From: Octopus bimaculoides
Lineage: Eukaryota
Reading direction: 5' to 3'
Assembly (NCBI RefSeq): GCF_001194135.2
Contig: NC_068981.1
Coordinates: 125,947,948 to 126,011,947 of the forward strand
DNA length: 64,000 nucleotides
Of the stretch, positions 1-12,947 are shown one piece after another. The translations under genes and the position numbers were made by a program. Each line of letters begins with the position of its first letter. Position 1 is the first letter of the stretch. The notes under the pieces were generated by a model. The model was given only the letters and a program-made list of their open reading frames with translations, did no database searches and was not told the origin of the DNA.

Positions 1-688
1 CTAGATGACCAATCTGGCTGATCTACCATGATTTTGGTTCATTTTGCCCTTAGGGCTTGTTCATGCATTGCTAAAATCATTCCTTTGATCTTTCATCTAT
101 ATTCTTTTCTGTAACTAGAGTTAGCTATACTTGTCATCTCCTAACCACTTCTGTCTTTATGAAAAACACTAAATAATGCTGCTTTCTTTCAAAGTTTGAC
201 TTCCTTTCTTCCATATTTTTCTGTTTTCTCTTCCAGAGCATTACAAGTTTTGAATATAGCCTTTAAAGAGTACATTTTTTTGATTTTATTATTTGTTGCA
301 GTAGTATATAACAATATTTTACTGTGTGGTTATAAGATATTGTTTTTTTCCTCCTTTCTTCATATTAACTGTCAAGCTTTAGGAAAAGGCTTCAGGCAGA
401 AAGTACCTTTCTAAGAAAACAAGCTTGATATCCAACCAGAATGATAGATTTTAACTCGGATGATAACTGATTATGTATATTGATATCTGGTCTACAGTGT
501 TGAGTCATTCTGTCTGGATTTCTGAAATCTCCAGAATTTTTTGGCTTACCAAGTTCATTTATAGCCTTTTTTTCATCTTTTGATACATGATTATATCACT
601 TGTCTGAAATGGTAAATCTATATTTTTTTACATCACCAGTGTAAATTGAGACAAACCTTACGACCTCACTTATTGTTATTATTATTTA

Positions 689-895
689 GGCAGCAAGCTG
701 TCAGAATCTTTACCATGTTGGACAAAATGAATAGTAGCATCTTTTCCAGCTTTACATTCTAAGTTCAAATGCTGCTGAAATTAGCTTTGCATTTATCCTT
801 TTGGGGTCAGTCAAGCACTGGGCTCAATACATTCAACTTGTATCCTCTCCCAAAATTTCAGGAATTGTTCCTTTAATAAAGAGGATTATTATTAA
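689..895 (+). mobile_element. tRNA-derived SINE, family A (gctggcagaa...ttagc...gagttcaaattc...ggggtc...(ATT)n)
   Basis: A-box-like and B-box-like segments and a body shared with other copies in the window. Confidence 0.7.
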
Positions 896-1074
896 TAATA
901 GTATGATGATGATAATGTTTTGAGTTCAAATCCTGCATTTCATCCTTTGAGTTTATTAAAATGTACTACCAGTTAAGTACGATGGTTGATGGAATCAACT
1001 AACCAACTTCTCTCAAACTTATTGGCCTTGTACCTAGATTAGAAACTATTATTATTATAATCAGCACCAACATC

Positions 1075-1885
1075 CACAGACAGAATCGCTCAAGCATCAA
1101 ACAAAATGCTTTGCAGTGTTTTGTCTGGATCCTTATGAGCTTTGATCAAAAAGTATCAGGACTGATGCTATGTAAGTGGTAAACTACAACACCTGTCAAT
1201 TCATTATTTAATTTCCTTCAAAATAGTTCCTCTTCTGAAGCCACATACTTTATCCAGCATCATTTCTATTGATGGAAGTATTCCTGGAATTCCATTTTGG
1301 GGATAGTGAACAGGTGCCTTGTTGCATTCTCTTGGATTTCCTTCACGTCTTGAAATCTTGTTCTTCCAAGTGGGACTTGACTTTTTTGGAAAGATTCTTG
1401 GCCATAATAACCATCAAACAAACAGACATGCGTATGTGCGCACACACACACACACACACACACACTCTTGCATGCATGCGCACGCACATATATTTTTTCT
1501 GCCTCATAATTTCTCTGGTCACTAACAGAACCTCTGTCATGTGATGAGATGACCACACTCTATACACTTTACTTCCAAGCACTGCTATAAACAACAGAAA
1601 TGAGTGAGAATATTATAACTTAGTATGCATACATGACACAGTTCAAGGTCAATCTACACCAAGTAGCTTCACTCTGTGTGCTTTAGCTCCATTACCATAG
1701 CAACAGTCCCAGTACTTTTTGATCAGATCTCGTATGTTACATATCCACATCTTATTTGGTCAATTTTGTCTTTCATCATTTGGGGGTTAATGAAATATAG
1801 TAATGGGGTCAGTGGCATTGATTAAGCCCTTCTCTTAAAATTTTTGCCCTTGTGCCAATATTAGAAACAATTGTTGTTATTATTA
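1075..1885 (+). mobile_element. SINE family A split by the 1136-1732 mariner
   Basis: The 5' half (cagaatc...aaaatgctt...cctta) and 3' half (tgttac...tttcatc...ccttgtgccaat) are collinear across the TA insertion site. Confidence 0.7.
1136..1732 (-). mobile_element. Internally deleted mariner (DD34D-type) element inserted in a SINE
   Basis: TA-flanked imperfect TIRs: TGAGCTTTGATCAAAAAGTATCAGGACTG versus reverse complement CGAGATCTGATCAAAAAGTACTGGGACTG. Minus strand encodes a mariner C-terminus (GRTRFQDVKEIQENATRHLFTIPKMEFQEYFHQ). Contains an internal (CA)n run. Confidence 0.85.
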
Positions 1886-1889
1886 TTTA

Positions 1890-1992
1890 AGATAGTGAGC
1901 TGGCAGAATCATTAGCACACTGGGCGAAATGCTTGGTGGCTCTCCCCCACAATTTCAGGCCTTGTGCCTATAGTAGAAAAGAGTATTATCAT
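1890..1992 (+). mobile_element. SINE family A, internally deleted
   Basis: The head gagctggcagaatcattagcacactgggcgaaatgctt joins directly to the tail aatttcaggccttgtgcctatagtagaa. Confidence 0.75.
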
Positions 1993-1997
1993 TAATG

Positions 1998-2230
1998 TAG
2001 CTAGTGGGCAGAATCATGAGCACATTAGACAAAATGCTTAGTGGATTTTCATCTGTCTTTATGTCTTAAGTTCAAATTCTGCCATACTCAACTTTACCTT
2101 TCATCCTTTCAGGATTTGATGAAACAAGTATTAGTTGAACACTGTGGTCAATGTAATCAACTAGCTCCCTACCCCAAGATTTCAGGCCTTGTCCTTATAG
2201 TAGAACAAATTATCATTGTTGTTGTTGTTG

Positions 2231-2283
<53 letters not shown>

Positions 2284-2285
2284 AT
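1998..2285 (+). mobile_element. SINE family A with an expanded (GTT)n(ATT)n tail
   Basis: Full family A body followed by about 70 bp of trinucleotide repeat. Confidence 0.8.
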
Positions 2286-2569
2286 AATATTTGTATTCAT
2301 ATCTATTTTTAATGGCTATATTGGATTATGTATATGCTAGATTTGACAAAGCAACTCTACTGAAGGTATTTTATTTTTTGAGAATTATTGTTTGCATTTG
2401 TACAAGTGTGTAGAAAGTGTAAATATGTAGTTACTATTAATTATTATAGTACTTTTTGTTGGTGCCTTTTCCTTTGTATCTCTTTGCTTTATTTCTATAG
2501 AGAGTGCTTTCTTATATATAAGCTACCAGAATTAAAAATACAATTTATTGATTTGAGACTTTAAGAGAA

Positions 2570-2765
2570 CCCCTACACACTTGTTCTATATGTTAGAAAT
2601 TGCAGTCAAATTTCCCTCAATTCAGACATTAGAAAGAAAAAGCATGTTGGATAATGTGGTCCTTAAATATACAATATATGGAAGAAAATGGGATTGTCAC
2701 TGCTAGAATGCATTTGATCATAGGTCTACTCCATTAAAGCTGACCTAGAGTTAAACAACAGCAAT
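2570..2765 (+). mobile_element. SINE 3' part with a (CAA)n tail
   Basis: ttggataatgtggtcc...ttgatcataggtct...gctgacctagagttaaacaacagc. Related pieces at about 16385-16600 (-), 18860-18970 and 38480-38640. Confidence 0.55.
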
Positions 2766-3199
2766 ATTTTTTTAGTGCTGTAGCTTGATGTGAACTGAAA
2801 GTAAAGAATAAATCATTCTTTGATTTGACTTTATTGATTTTAATGTCAATATTATCAGTTTGTGAAATGAAATTTTGATTAACTACAAAATAACAAAAGT
2901 GTGAAAGCTTGTTTACTTAACCTATAGCAATAATGTATGTTGGATTGTTCAAAGCTAGTGATACCTGAAAATATAGAACTATGACATAACATTAAGCAAC
3001 ACTGCTTGATATTTTTAGCAAATCAGAAAATTTAAACTAATCTGATAAATATTGTACAGAAATGAGGCAAGTATACTCTGATGACTATATAGTAGACAAA
3101 GAAATATAAACTGAGAGAAAAACTGAATATAAAAGGGATCAGATGCGTCAATCAAATTCATTATCATCACTGGTAGGTTGTCATTGTTTTTACACAGCC

Positions 3200-4330
3200 A
3201 GTTTTCCATGATAATATAGATTGATGAGATCTGCAGTATGGCATACCATCACTTTTCATGATCTTTTGTCATATCTGAGAGAACCTAACATCCTAGTTTT
3301 GCTGCTTCTTCTCATATCTTCCTTAATTTTTCTCTGTCAATGATACCTTCCACAGTTAATACATGACACTTTTTTGACTCATCATTTATCATTCATGTTC
3401 ATATCATATCTATACCAGTAGTGCAGTCATCTTTTTCACATACATCAGTTGGTGATTTAATTCCCCAACACCTTCTTAACTTGCTTGTGCTCTTTTTTTC
3501 ATTACATATTTTTCTTTAACCTTCACAGATTTTCTATAGCTGAGCATCTAAGACATTGCAAGGCCACACTTCTTACATACACTTCATACAACTGAGAAAA
3601 ATTCTTTATTGTCAAACTCCTTTCTAACATTTGTGCATTTCTATAATGTGTACCAGGTTATCAGTGCACAAAAATTCCCAAGGACAACTTGTTCTGAACA
3701 CTTATGCTATTACTCCACGTCCTATAAAGAATAAGAAGAGGATCTGTGAAAATTTCTGCTGGATGTTCTTGTACATTAAATTCATTCTGAGTTTTCTACT
3801 AATCCTAACCTTTTCCACAGTACCTTCCTACTAGTCTCAAACAGCTTGTAGAAGGCATTCATCTACACCCAATTTGATCAATACTTACCTGAGTTCAGAA
3901 GAGTTTTCAAAGCTCTATCCAAACTGATAAATGCAAGATAGAGGTCTAAGAGGTTTAGCTGGGATCACTTTTGAACTAGTATAATTAAAAATATAGATTT
4001 TGGTCCGAACTAAAACTGAATTCTATCCAAACCAACTTTGTAATGCACTAACTTCTCAGTGACATACTTGTCTACTTTCATGACTTGGTCCATCAATTTA
4101 AGGCTTCAATAATGACCTTTCTCCAGTGCAAGTATTTTGTTCTTGTAATTGGCAATGATACTGCTACATCAGTCATTTGAGGATAATATCTTTTCTTTCT
4201 AAATAAAAGAGTAATCAGCATAGTAACTATTGTTGGGTAGCTGAGTAATAGAAAATAGTGTAGGTAATCTAATATCAGGGGTAAGTTCATGTCCTCAGGT
4301 ATCTGTTGTAAATGCAACATTATCCAAATG
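3200..4330 (-). mobile_element. Degenerate RTE-clade LINE (RT and 3' end, internally deleted)
   Basis: Frame-broken minus-strand translation gives SLKLMDQVMKV, LYLAFISLD, KLGVDECLLQAV, CPWEFLCTDNLV (YADD-equivalent) and LTVEG..R.K.RK, in RTE RT order. Boundaries approximate. Confidence 0.75.
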
Positions 4331-4949
4331 GCATATTAAAACTGCTCTTCATTCTCACCAAGCATGTATTATTCTTGCCATTCATTTTCTGCACACACAT
4401 ATATACAAATTACTGAGCAGAGATCTACATAAGCAATTATATGGAATACTACAAATGTAACATTACTCTAACCACAAATAATGAATCATATTTGTCATTA
4501 TATCTTTGTAATTTCTAAATATCCTTTTGGGATTCTGCAGTTCTTATGTTGGAGGTTTTGTATTACCCATTAACTACTATGAGGTTTAGTTAAAGCCTCA
4601 TTGTAGTTCAGCATGAGGTAAAGTGTTAGACACATGGAAGGAATTAGAGATTGAATATGAGCTGCAGTGATAGTTAGGGGAATTGTTAATGTTGAATTGT
4701 TGGAAATGGATTCAGAGAATCACTTAATCAAGGGGCATTTTTATAAGAGATGGAAAAATGGGTGATATTAACCTGTTAATATCATTTACTTCAATTTGGT
4801 ATTTTTTTTAATAATCATAAATTATTAGCTGACATTAAACTTCATGATGTTTGCTATTTTTCTCCAATGGTCAAAACTAAAATCATGATTAACTGATGTA
4901 GTTAGGGAATGTATTTAGAAGCAATTTATTCAACTGACACTCACAGAAA

Positions 4950-7900
4950 ATTCTCATCTTCTCATTTAGTTTGGTCTGTAGTCAAATGACACACATCTAC
5001 AGGAAATTTCATTATACTGTTCTTGCAATTAACCAGTCGTTCAACCTTTTAAAAATAGTTTACTACTACTCTTAATTGTCTACTAAGTAGTTTCTCAACT
5101 GGAGATGCACAATGAATTAAAACGAAACTTTAACAAATACTCATTAACTTTATCAACTGATGCACTGTAAGGTTTTAATGCAAACTTTATTCTTTGTACA
5201 GCTTTCTCTGCTGCATCACTAGATATTTGACTGTAAGTAGGATCAATTTTCTTGCAAATAAGTTTAACTGTTCCTTTAACTGAATCAATTCTAGTGCATT
5301 ATCTAATACCACTGTCGTTGAAACACAAGATCTAAGAAAAATAGCAAATTAGCCGTACCTTACATTTTCAAAGCTTCTTCTTGAATACATAAAGTCAACT
5401 ATGAACAAAATTTTCCCAATATGCTCTATCTATTCCCATTCCATGTGTAACCTCCTTTCCCTGATCTCTGATTTGGGCCATTTATCAGTACAAAGGGTGT
5501 CTTTAAATTTAATTTAAGCACACATCACAAGATCTAACAAATTCTTTAAGGTTTCTACCAGGATCAATCTTTGGGTTTTTTGTTTTATTTTTTAATTTTG
5601 ATTGAACATTTATGTGTGTATTATGACTTAGCCTGTTTTATTAAAGAGAAGAATGAAATAAGCTGGCAGAATCATTAGAATGCTAGACAAATTCTTAGTA
5701 GCATTCCATCCATTTTTACATTCTGAATTCAAATTCTGCCAAGGTCAGTTTTGCATTTCATCCTTTTGGGGTTGATAAAATAAGTACCAATCATGCACTG
5801 GGGTCAAATTAACTGACTTACCCCTCTCCTAAAATTGTTGGCCTTGTGCCAAAATTTGTAGCGATTATTAAAGATAGGAGTATTCTCCACAATCTGGTAA
5901 ATTGTCATTCTGTACAGCGTTGTGATTTTGTAAACAAGCATTAAGTGTGAATTCTTTAAAATGATCTTTTATATCTTCAACTTCCTTGCCCCCAGCAAAA
6001 ATTATTTCATCATTACCAATGTCAGGTTGTAATGCATAAAACAGACATAAAATGATAAGCAAATACAAACAATGCCAGTGATGCTCTCGCTACCAAGGAC
6101 AGTGATTGTATCAGACTGATCTGAATCTCATTTCAATCTGCTAAGAGCATCAATGTGACTGATAGTTTTACTAGGCGTGTAAACAAGTTTGAAGTCATAT
6201 TATGATATGATAGCTCTTCTGGTAATTTACTGAGAAATTCATATATCAAGCTTTAAAAAAAAGTTAATTATGAAAACATTTTCAGAGTGGAAATATCAAA
6301 CCTTTAAAAACGTTAGTTATAAATGTATTTTCAAAGTGGAAACTTTCCCTGATAGAAAAGATCTCAATTTTTTACGCATCATATCACCATATAGCTTTCA
6401 TGATCAATATTGACCCCAAATCACTTAAGTATTCTCAAATGTATGACTAACATGTGGTCTGTGCTTTCCATTTAGAGTCATTATACCTACTACTCCCAAT
6501 TCAGAAACAAATACACTGAAAGTTGTTCCCCTCTCAGTAGTGAATGTTGTCAAACAGGATATACTCTAAAAAGTTCATTTATTACCTGAAAGGCCTGGTC
6601 TCGATGCATTCCATGAGTAAAAAGACATTCCTTTTTGTTGCAACTATTTTTGTAAACTTTGGTTCAACTACATTTGTAAATGTTGGTATAAACTTCTAAT
6701 ACTAGTTTATCAATACCAGATATTTCTCAATTTCTTTCAATTTAGGAGCACTAATCCATTGAATCTTGTTTATTAGAATCCATCCTTTGAAATATCCATT
6801 CTCAAGAAATCAAAGGAAGATGCATGATGAATACATATATGTGGATTAATTAATAAACTGGCTCCTTTCAGTCTAGCTATAATCACATTTTCTTAATTCT
6901 TTAATATATGCTTGATTGTTGTAAAGATGAGTGTGTTTCTCACAAATGATTATGCCATTACTTCCCTTCAATCTAGACTCCATAGAATGTAGGAAAATGG
7001 AACTGCTGGTATGTTAGACTCAGCAGAAGTTTATTGATCAATAAAGATCATTGCTTACACATATTGCATGCAGGTTATTAAAGTATTATTCAATTGATTC
7101 AAAGAGTGCAATTTGAAGGGAAAGTTTGTTTCTTGCATATCAGTGAATGTTGGTTTCAAGATAAGGAGTTAAATAAGAAAATGTGATAGTTTTAATCCTA
7201 TTATTTAAATGTATTTTGTAATTAATACACATTCTTAATTTACTTTCTTTCACACTCAAACAAATGGTGATGCATTGTTGATACCTTCATATGGACATTA
7301 CTGTAAGGCTGGGAAGTTCATTTTCAACCTTCTGTTTTTAGGTGTATTGGAACATGTCACCTTGAACAAATTTTATATTTAACTTTACCTGATACTGAAA
7401 TGCTAGCATTAAAATGTTTTACTGATGTCAGATAGTTAGAAACACAACAGCATGATATATTTTTCAGAGTATCAGCCCTGATAAAGCCAAAGTTATAAAG
7501 ATTATTTACTTTTAGCAAAACAGATGTGATGCTTTTTATTTTTTAATTTATCTCTAAAGTGAAGACTGTTGTAGTACCAACTACGTCTAGTTATTGAACC
7601 ATCATAAGAAGTTAAATGTGTCTCAATATATTTGAGGATTAATGATAATTTTATTCACAGTAAGGCTAGAACAATGCAGCATACTGCACTTATAACCAGT
7701 TGCATTTGAACCGGATGTCTATTCAATTTGCTATCTGTTGCACAATTTACATTCAAAGCTACTTCCTCTTCAAACTGTTTAAGATTCATAAGTTTAATGT
7801 TATAGACAAGTTTGGTAGAATACAATGGTTTTGGTCTTAATTTGCTGGAATAGTTCAATCTATCACATTCAAATCATTTGTTCATATATGCAGGACAGAA

Positions 7901-8520
7901 TCTGGAAGGATGTAATGACTCACAATTGCCACAATTTTTAACCCAGATTTACTCAGTTACTTGTTTATCAAACTTTCTTTGATAAGAGCCCTTGCCAATA
8001 GCATAAAGTAATTTATGTATTAAAGCTTGGTTGTATTACTGATCCAAGAGCAAGTATTTGCTTTGCTTGCATAATTACAACAAGGCTTACAAGATGGATG
8101 CTTTTGGAAAAGTTTGTAGAAATTGACAATCTTTATTTTTATAATCTTTGCTTTTTGTCATCTTTGGTTGTAGAGAATTTACATAAAAAAGCCTGTACAT
8201 TGAGACTTCTTAGCAATGAATATTTAGCTGGTTCTTGTTTTTGCTTTAGATCAAATAATTTCAACTTAATATCATGTATTTCATTAAGTATAGCTGCATT
8301 TTCAACAGCATACTTTAAATCTTCATTTGAACAATCTTAAACTATTGTACATACAGGACATTTTTCAGTTTGATGATTGCAGTGACGCCACACAATTTGA
8401 GAAATTTTTACTTAACCAGTTTGAGCTCAGTGTCATCTGTAAACAGGTTTGAGTTAAACTGTATTAGCCATGCATCTGCTTCTTCAGCATTATCAATATA
8501 TCAGTGATTATTGCGAACCA
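4950..8520 (-). mobile_element. Fossil Ty3/Gypsy LTR-retrotransposon gag-pol (gag-RT-RNaseH-integrase), interrupted by a SINE
   Basis: Minus-strand remnants in Gypsy order: gag-like FLKLCGVTAIIKLKNVL (~8400); RT thumb APKLKEIEKYLVLIN.Y.KFIPTF (~6750); RNaseH end YDFKLVYTPSKTISHIDALSRLK (~6140-6210); integrase PGRNLKEFVRSCDVC, RLHMEW..GKILFIVD, SDAAEKAVQRIKFALK and SPVEKLLSRQLR (~5570-5050). No LTRs recognised. Confidence 0.7.
5655..5868 (+). mobile_element. SINE family A inserted in the fossil Gypsy pol
   Basis: agctggcagaatcattag...tctgaattcaaattctgcc...ggggttgataaaataagtacc...ccttgtgccaaaattt. Confidence 0.85.
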
Positions 8521-8942
8521 TCTTAGTGTTATTAGCAGATAATTAGAATTACAAATCTTCATTGCCCAGGTGTTTGGTTTACAATAATTAAGTTTTCAAT
8601 AAGTATTTATTTGAGTAAACTGAGGGCATGTGTAATAGTGAAGAGAGTGAGTGTAATCTAATATCAGATGTTTGTCAAAATCTTCAGTTATGGTATGAAT
8701 GTATATCATTGTTCATCAATGATATCCAAGTAGCACACTAAAAATGATCTTCAGATGGAAATGACAAGCATATTTTAGTTTAATGCATCACTTACTGTGC
8801 ATACATATATATATATCAAAATTAAAATACAGTTCAAAATAACACCACCATACATCTCTCACTCTCCTCGTTCACTATGTCTGCTTCTCTCTCTTCACAC
8901 CCCACACTCTTGCAACCTACCCAACCACATCACATGTTATCT

Positions 8943-8946
<4 letters not shown>

Positions 8947-8990
<44 letters not shown>
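8947..8990. repeat. (CT)n microsatellite in a pyrimidine-rich tract (about 8820-9380)
   Basis: Directly visible dinucleotide run. Confidence 0.95.
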
Positions 8991-8994
<4 letters not shown>

Positions 8995-9384
8995 ACCAGT
9001 CTACTATATAATCATTGTTATACTGTTGCTCAGCACAACCATTCACCTCTTACTTCCCCACCTCTTGTATCATTGGTTATCAGCCATTCACTACATCCAC
9101 CCTTCAACCCTACCCCATCTTTACAGTTGTTGCCTACCTTTCCTTCTCTCACCTATTGCTCATTTCTCATTCCCTCATACACTCTTGCAACCTCCACTCA
9201 TTCTCTATTCTGGTCCACTCATCTCACTCACTCCTACTCATCTCATACATTAAGGGCCCACCCAGACACCTTACCACCACTATTTTTATCTCTTTCCATC
9301 TTCACTCAATCACTCTCATCCTCTTTTCTAAAATGTGAGTTGTTGTGTAACTCTGCTCTGGCCATTTCTCTCACACTCATCTCT

Positions 9385-9612
9385 TAGCATGAACCTACCC
9401 ACTTGATGTTCATAGTCTTTCAAGCTGCAAGGTGGCTTCACTAGTGCTGATGGCATGAAAAAAACACCCAGTACATGCTGTAAAATAGTTGGCATTAGGA
9501 AGGGCATCCAGTCATAGATACGATGGCAAAGCAAATATTGGAGCATGATGCTATTCTTGGATCCATCAGATCCTTTCAAACTATCCAACATGGACATTAA
9601 ATGATAATGATG
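9385..9612 (+). mobile_element. SINE/LINE 3' tail family ending in (ATG)n (RTE-type tail)
   Basis: ttggcattaggaagggcatccag...catggacattaaatgataatgatg. Inverted homologues lie at about 31620-31795 and 51750-51950. Confidence 0.7.
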
Positions 9613-11614
9613 AATATAAGACTTATGTTGATTGATGCTATGAAATTATTGGTACAAGTGAGATTGCCTTATCTTAATAGTAGATTATCTCCATGTAAAC
9701 AGCAAGAATGATGAATTAAGAGAGAATGTAACTTATTAGAGGAAAAATTAATCAAAAATACTTATTAACTTATCTAATTCTCAAAAGTTCATTTCAACAG
9801 AGGCATGAAAAATTAGATAAGTGTATACAATCAATAGAATACAACAATATCATTTAAATTCTAAAAGTATAATTTAAATATATATACTAAATCAGTAAAA
9901 GTAATACACTAAGAAAATTACTATGGATTTAATATTGTAACTTCAGAAATGTAGTATCTTTAATTAAGATATATATTGTAATATATAAATTGAAAGGATA
10001 CATATCTTCTAATTGTAAAAGTGTTTGTTTAAATATTTCAAGGATTTTTATCTTACCCAACTATATTATTGCATTAAATTGTTACAAAATACACAAAATA
10101 TGCAGCATACAAATATCTTTCCAATATATTATTTAAACTTTTATTAGCTAATCATCAATATGCTGTCAATGTTTGTTTCAGGCTTCATCACAGAATGTTT
10201 CATATGCTTTTAAGCCGGTGTTGCTGCAATGTTTGAATTGCTATTAAATGTTTTGTGAATTATATATTCATATGCAATGTATTGTTATCTCCTATATTTT
10301 CTAAAAGAAGCTAATATTTCCCACAAGTCATCTTGCAGGCATTATGTGAACAAACATGACTGAACTTCCTTATCTGTTAAACGCTTTGCTTCAGCTTACT
10401 TTCATTTTAGTTTACTTTTATTGGATTCTTGCAAAAATGTCTTTATAAAATGGCAGCGTGTGATCAGCTTTACAAAAGGAAATGTTTTGCATGATTCAAT
10501 AATATATTCTTATGTATATGGACTCTATTATGGAATTTACAGATCTTTATATTTTTAATCTTTATATTTGTATCTGATTTTTCTGTATTTTGCTTTATTT
10601 GCCTACACTTTCAAATTAATTCAAAAATAAGACCTTTTATTAATAGTTCTATCTTTTTGCTTGTCATTTTTCTTTTTAAAAGGTGGAATGCTTGTACTTA
10701 AAGCATCGCATTAAGAAAAAAAAATCATTTAAAAATAGTTGACTTAGCAACAATGCAAGTTATAATAGGTATTACTGTAATAGATAAAAATATTTGAGCA
10801 CTTAATATTTTTCAGAAGCAGAGCTATGTCACCATCCCTAAAACTAGTTATTGTGATTTAAAATTCTTACTAAGTTCATGAAATTAACTCATAGGTGGAT
10901 GCTGGAGTATGAATGGAATTGGTCCTTTTTTCCTCTTCCTTCTGTCAAACTTATCTTTCTTTGCAGGATCATATCTTTTCTTTCTTTTTTCCCCTTTTAA
11001 CATGCTTTAAAATATTTTTATATTTAGAATGTACTTATAAATTTTTTAATTGAAAACTAATTTGTTCAAAGAATGCACATTATTGATACTTGATGAGTGT
11101 TTTTCTAATTTAATTTCATATTGGATTTTATAGGAAGTGGAGTTGCTTATAAGTTTTCCTGAAAACATTCTGGCTGTTTCTTCATCAGTTGGGACCAGGA
11201 GTATAATAATTGTGTGTATGAATGACAGGATTCAAATGAGGTGTGACAAAAACTGGATATAAGAGTAATTAGCTATTGAATACATGACAAAAGACCGAAC
11301 TATTACAGACAGATATTTGATATGTATGGAGAATGAGATGTGTGTCAAATAATCCAAGTGAAAGGCATGAGAAGCAGTAAATTCTGATCTGAAGAAGCTT
11401 AACATCATGAAGGACTACAACAAGTGACGTGATGGTGTGCGGGAAAAGATCTTTCCATGCTAGCATGGAGAAACAGATTAAACTGATGATGAGGATAAAT
11501 ATATGTATGAATGTGTGTGTGTATGTATATATATATATATATNNNNNNNNNNNNNNNNNNNNNNNNNNNNNNNNNNNNNNNNNNNNNNNNNNNNNNNNNN
11601 NNNNNNNNNNNNNN

Positions 11615-11645
<31 letters not shown>

Positions 11646-11703
11646 CATGTGTGTGTATCTGTTCATAGCAATGTGCATGTGTCTGTATATAAATCTGTGT
11701 GTA

Positions 11704-12546
11704 CAAGGTGCATTCCAGAAGTTTTGAAATATTTTCAAGAGAGACATTTATTAATTCCAAAGAAACACAAAACTGTACTCTCCTTCAAAGTATAATAAGA
11801 ACCTGACTTCAGTGCACTTGTAGCACTCCAGCTACTTTGTGAAGGTGCTATGGAAGTCCTCCAAAATGAAAGCATCCAAGGACCCTTGTCACAGCCTCCT
11901 TCATCTCTTTAAGTTTGTAGAACAACCAAATGTCATGGGGAGCAAAATCTGGACTGTAGTGAGAGTGAGGGACAATTTTGATGCCCATCTTTGTCAAGTT
12001 TTTGGTTACCAGGATGGAATTGTGGACTAGTACATTGTCTTGGTGCAGGTGCTCTGGCCTTTTGCAATGAAATTGCTTGGACTCCCTCAAAATATCCGCA
12101 AAGTGTTCTTTGTTTGCTGTCTCACCAGAAGGAATCCGGTGTTGCAGCTGAAAGAGGAAATCATCATAGACTTGCTTTTCCCGGCCTTTTGTGCCAGCAA
12201 AAATCAGACGCTTGGCTCTTATAAGTTAATTCATAAGCAGTCTGGAGCATTTCATAAGTTTCTGTAGTGTTCTTGTCCAGTTTAACACAAAACTTTATTA
12301 TATAGTGAGCTTCTAAATTGTCTTCACATCCTGACTGCATTTCGCAAACTAATCAGTTGTAGAAAGTAATGTTTAGTAGGGTGTGTTCAAAGTGCTGTTA
12401 CAACCATCACCTTCAATCTGGAATAACAAAATTTGTCAGGTCAGCTTATTAGATATATAGCTATGATATACTAAAATTACAATAATCTAGGACTGTTATA
12501 ACTACTGGTCCTAAAAAATGTCTCAAAACTTCTAGAATGCATCTTG
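11704..12546 (-). mobile_element. Internally deleted mariner (DD34D-type) element
   Basis: TA-flanked TIRs CAAGGTGCATTCCAGAAGTTTTGAAA versus reverse complement CAAGATGCATTCTAGAAGTTTTGAGA. Minus ORF contains HQDNVLVHNSILVT..LTKMGIKIVPH..YSPDFAPHDIWLF, the mariner HQDNA...YSPDLAP.D motifs. Confidence 0.9.
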
Positions 12547-12559
12547 TATATGCACTTAT

Positions 12560-12738
12560 ATATATTTCAATTTTTTTTCTCTGTGTTTTTCTCCTTGTCT
12601 CCGTATTCTTTCTGTTGAAGAGCGTAGCTCGAAACGTTAAAGACTTTCCGTATTCCCGAGCGTCATACTAATACACCCTTTTGTTGTTTACACCACCTGT
12701 CCTCGTCTGTTGTTGTTTTTTCGTACATTCTCCCATCT
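12560..12738 (+). mobile_element. Short (TA)n-flanked Penelope-like non-autonomous element with a minimal hammerhead-like motif
   Basis: TCTTT-CTGTTGA-A-GAGC(GTA)GCTC-GAAA-CG-TT-AAAGA at 12607-12643. A homologous inverted copy lies at 32307-32490. Confidence 0.6.
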
Positions 12739-12912
12739 ATATATNNNNNNNNNNNNNNNNNNNNNNNNNNNNNNNNNNNNNNNNNNNNNNNNNNNNNNNN
12801 NNNNNNNNNNNNNNNNNNNNNNNNNNNNNNNNNNNNNNNNNNNNNNNNNNNNNNNNNNNNNNNNNNNNNNNNNNNNNNNNNNNNNNNNNNNNNNNNNNNN
12901 NNNNNNNNNNNN

Positions 12913-12947
<35 letters not shown>

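Noticed and set aside
5202-5232. 31-nt AG...GTAAGT-bounded segment reading FLCCITRYLT, reminiscent of KCNT GFLC
   Set aside because: It lies within the antisense Gypsy integrase fossil, and the similarity does not continue into the expected KITEDDLWIRTY motif.
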